Assembly (NCBI RefSeq): GCF_018398935.1
Contig: NZ_CP074694.1
Location: 2,310,001 to 2,342,000 of the forward strand
DNA length: 32,000 bases
From: Telmatocola sphagniphila
GTDB taxonomy: Bacteria; Planctomycetota; Planctomycetia; Gemmatales; Gemmataceae
Reading direction: 5' to 3'
In this document: piece after piece, positions 29,501 through 32,000 of the stretch
Position numbering within the stretch: position 1 is the stretch's first letter
Layout: each line of letters begins with the position of its first letter
Notes under the pieces: generated by a model
What the model was told of the DNA's origin: nothing
The model's database searches: none
The model's input: the letters and a program-made list of their open reading frames with translations, nothing else
Made by a program: the position numbers and the translations under genes

Positions 29501-31459
29501 TTATCTCGACGATAGTTCACCAGACAACAGCCGGAGGGCGGCGTCTCGAACCTCAGAATTCGTTTGAGCTTCCGCAGCTTTTTCTACCACCCTCATCAAT
29601 TGAGGAAAGCGTTCGCGCATCGGCCAGAGCAGATTCAAAGTCGCCAATCGAACTTTAGTGGATTCATCCGTTTGCAATACATTTTGAAGGGTCTCATAGG
29701 CTTGCGAAGTTAGAAAACGAAACCGGAAAGTGACAACCACTTCTTCGCGGATATCGGAATCCGAATCAGTAGTGAGAGTGTGCAGAAGAATTTCTTCGGT
29801 CTCCTTCGAATGAATGAAGCGTAATGCGGATATGGCCGTGCGCCGGAGGATATTACTTTTATCGTTAAGATAACTACTGATAATCGGTACGCTTTCACTC
29901 AGTCCGGCATTGCCGAGTATCATTAGCCAGTGCTGCGTCTTTTCCTCGCTATCCGCTTTTTGAATTTCTTCGACCGCCCAGGCGACGATCTGAGCAGCGC
30001 GGGGAGCTGCCGTTTTGGATAAGTTGCGGGCAATCGAACCTAGGCAAAGCTGGGCCAGCGGCGCGAGCCCAGGTATCGGCGAGTTCCTGGCCAGATCGCG
30101 CACGGCTTCTTCTAGGGCTAGAGTCGGGGCCTTAATCTGGGAGATCGTAACCAATAAAGATTGTGCCACGAGAGGTTCCGGGGAACGCGCTTTCAGCAGA
30201 TTGAGTAGGGCCAGTTGACTCTCATCATCGCCGACACTCACCAAAGCGGTTGGGATGAGCTTCAGGGTCAGACTGCCGGGTGTTGCCCGCCTTGCCAAAT
30301 CTCCCCAGCGCTCGCTCGATTCCGGATGAACGACCATAAAGGCCTTAATTTTCAAATAGAGAGGAGTCTGATCTTTTTTCTCCTGTTGGTTACTCTCTTC
30401 ACGAACTAAATCCGCGACGAGACTTTCGAAGGTGGAATCGCCGAGCTGCTTAATTTGCAGTTTCTTAATGTCGGCGGGAGCAAAATGATTCGTGAGGGTT
30501 TCCGGATTGACGCTCTCAGCTATTTTTGAACTCTGCTTGATGAGAAGGCTCAGCTGTTCTGCAGATGCATGTTCGTTTCTCAGAAATTCATATCGAATGC
30601 TCGATTCACTTGTAGAAAGAGTGGTGTCGCTAACTAAAACTTCTGTACTTTCGGTTCCTTCGATGGAGCGCACTAGACCGAGCTGGGAATCGAATATAAT
30701 TTGCAAGCTGCCGGCTGGAACGAAGGTCATTCCCATAGTCTCTTCACCAGTTGTTCGATGGAACTTAGGAGGCTCAATTTCTTCTCGGCTTTTAATGAGT
30801 GCAATTCGCTCGGGGTGAATACTGAAATTCGACTGATAGACGGCTCGACAACGACCTGCGGGTACGTCCTCCCAAACTTCCCAGGCCTCCGGATCCTGTT
30901 CGTCCTTAGGTAAGCTAACTTGAAAGGACGCTATGATCGTCCGAAACGAATTCCGGGATAGTTCGTCATAATATTGAGGAAACAGCAGTGAGTGAATCTG
31001 CCCCTGGAGATCGAGATCCGCAATCACAGGCTTGGCAAAGTCGGTTGATATTTTCTTGGCACTCTCTAAAAGCAACTGCTCGCCCAAAAGAAGCACAATC
31101 TCCGAGTTGGGCATGGAGTAGGCAACTCGCAGCGTGTCGTTATTTCTCTCCAAGACGGCGACCGACAGTTCCCCTTCCGCAATAATTTTCATAGACTGGG
31201 TTTGCTTGCCCGTGACAACCAACTTTTGACCATTACCGAGGGAATTTAAATCGATAGCTCCAGACCCCGCATAGCGGAAACTGTAGATAGAGCGCTCACC
31301 TGGAAGAAGCCGGTACGAAAAGGTGGGAGAATGAAAAAGAAGGGGTCGAAGCACTCCCCCCGCTAAAAAACCGGAACAGATAACGAATACGAGAGAAAAC
31401 CAATACCACTGGATGTGACTGCCGTTTATGATCGAAGACCGAGATTTTAGCGTAATCAT
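29501..31459 (-). CDS. Membrane-anchored protein with a beta-rich N-domain plus an alpha-solenoid; tentatively vitellogenin-N / large lipid transfer protein (LLTP) N-terminal module-like (would otherwise be annotated as a HEAT-repeat protein)
   Basis: 652 aa. ATG with GGAG 8 nt upstream. N-terminal TM segment (WYWFSLVFVICSGFLAGGVL). The ordered motifs are PGERSIYSFRY; PVIADLDLQGQIHSLLFP...FRTIIASFQVSL; WEDVPAGRCRAVYQ...IALIKSRE; WLMILGNAGLSESVPIISSYL; and LRRTAISALRFIHSKETEEILLHTL..DSDSDIREEVVV. Confidence 0.85.
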   Translation of the reverse strand: MITLKSRSSIINGSHIQWYWFSLVFVICSGFLAGGVLRPLLFHSPTFSYRLLPGERSIYSFRYAGSGAIDLNSLGNGQKLVVTGKQTQSMKIIAEGELSVAVLERNNDTLRVAYSMPNSEIVLLLGEQLLLESAKKISTDFAKPVIADLDLQGQIHSLLFPQYYDELSRNSFRTIIASFQVSLPKDEQDPEAWEVWEDVPAGRCRAVYQSNFSIHPERIALIKSREEIEPPKFHRTTGEETMGMTFVPAGSLQIIFDSQLGLVRSIEGTESTEVLVSDTTLSTSESSIRYEFLRNEHASAEQLSLLIKQSSKIAESVNPETLTNHFAPADIKKLQIKQLGDSTFESLVADLVREESNQQEKKDQTPLYLKIKAFMVVHPESSERWGDLARRATPGSLTLKLIPTALVSVGDDESQLALLNLLKARSPEPLVAQSLLVTISQIKAPTLALEEAVRDLARNSPIPGLAPLAQLCLGSIARNLSKTAAPRAAQIVAWAVEEIQKADSEEKTQHWLMILGNAGLSESVPIISSYLNDKSNILRRTAISALRFIHSKETEEILLHTLTTDSDSDIREEVVVTFRFRFLTSQAYETLQNVLQTDESTKVRLATLNLLWPMRERFPQLMRVVEKAAEAQTNSEVRDAALRLLSGELSSR

Positions 31460-31538
31460 ATTATAATCTCCGATGTAGGCACAAACTTGTTATAATCCGG
31501 TTGCAAATGACAACCAGATGTAAATTATCTTCGAGTAA

Positions 31539-32000
31539 TTATTTCAAAGGAATAATCTTTTCTGTCGGGTAAATTAGATCCCCATTGATGGGGGTCCAAT
31601 CGGGCCAAGAAAACAACTTGTAATCGGCTACTTGCTGCCAGCTAAGATTCCAAACGTCAGGAAAATTAGGCAGATTCATTTTGCCGATGATATCGATTTC
31701 GCCGCCTAGAAGTGAAAGTGTGTCGTTCGCATAATAATCGAATATTAATTCGGGTGTATTAGCAAAACTGAGGGTCACAGATCCATAAAGATTGAATGAT
31801 TCATTGATAAGGTTCAAGGTTCCACTCACATCGAGTTCAACTTCATCCAACAATGAAACACCGACAGTTGCATAAATTGTGCATGAGATCTTCAAAGCGG
31901 GATTTATCGAAGCCGTGGTAGGCGCAAGTAGGAAATTCATGTTGGCTTTAAAATCACCCTTTGTGGCGAGGCCAACATCGACCCCAAAAAAGAGAATGGG
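31539..32000 (-). CDS. Hypothetical beta-rich protein, C-terminal part only (the reading frame stays open to the right edge of the window)
   Basis: The ORF track gives 133 aa from the ATG at 31940. The 20 codons upstream (PILFFGVDVGLATKGDFKAN) contain no stop, so the gene probably starts beyond 32000. It is markedly AT-rich compared with the rest of the window. Confidence 0.5.
   Translation of the reverse strand, partial: PILFFGVDVGLATKGDFKANMNFLLAPTTASINPALKISCTIYATVGVSLLDEVELDVSGTLNLINESFNLYGSVTLSFANTPELIFDYYANDTLSLLGGEIDIIGKMNLPNFPDVWNLSWQQVADYKLFSWPDWTPINGDLIYPTEKIIPLK

Overview
Chromosomal segment of about 50-55% GC (estimated by eye). I support 34 protein-coding genes, and all but one are on the minus strand. 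They are tightly packed, with many 1-11 nt start/stop overlaps. I found no rRNA, tRNA, CRISPR array, IS element or integrase.

Gene order, left to right:
- a partial BON-domain gene
- a membrane-anchored MtfA/M90-like peptidase with a SEC-C tail
- a single-domain PPK2
- a eukaryote-type class I fructose-bisphosphate aldolase, translationally coupled to a small membrane protein
- phosphoketolase (xfp)
- a complete nine-gene N-type (alternative F-type) ATPase operon in the order atpD-C-Q-R-B-E-F-A-G, with no delta gene
- a SpoIIAA/STAS-like gene abutting atpD
- rpiB with an N-terminal extension
- a PMM-like HAD-IIB hydrolase
- a multi-pass membrane protein, a DUF2007 protein and a small ORF
- a 695-bp gene-free gap
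- a urease cluster ureABCFGD, with no ureE
- a block of envelope or secreted proteins: a TlpA-like thioredoxin, a DUF4239-like membrane protein (the only + strand gene), a C25 (gingipain-like) peptidase and a CBM+GH51-like hydrolase
- a 652-aa membrane-anchored protein
- an AT-rich partial ORF that runs off the right edge

The most unusual observation is the 652-aa protein. By eye it carries the ordered hallmark motifs of the eukaryotic large-lipid-transfer-protein (vitellogenin-N / LPD_N) module.

Other points worth a second look:
- atpC can only be full length if it starts at a non-canonical ATT codon overlapping the atpD stop.
- The c-subunit has a two-carboxylate ion site.
- The N-ATPase sits inside a co-oriented block of sugar-phosphate and polyphosphate genes.
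- A perfect 10-bp palindrome lies upstream of ureA.
- An SD-sequestering hairpin precedes a small Cys/His-rich ORF.

The gene content is compatible with a Planctomycetota-like genome. That taxonomic guess is inference only.
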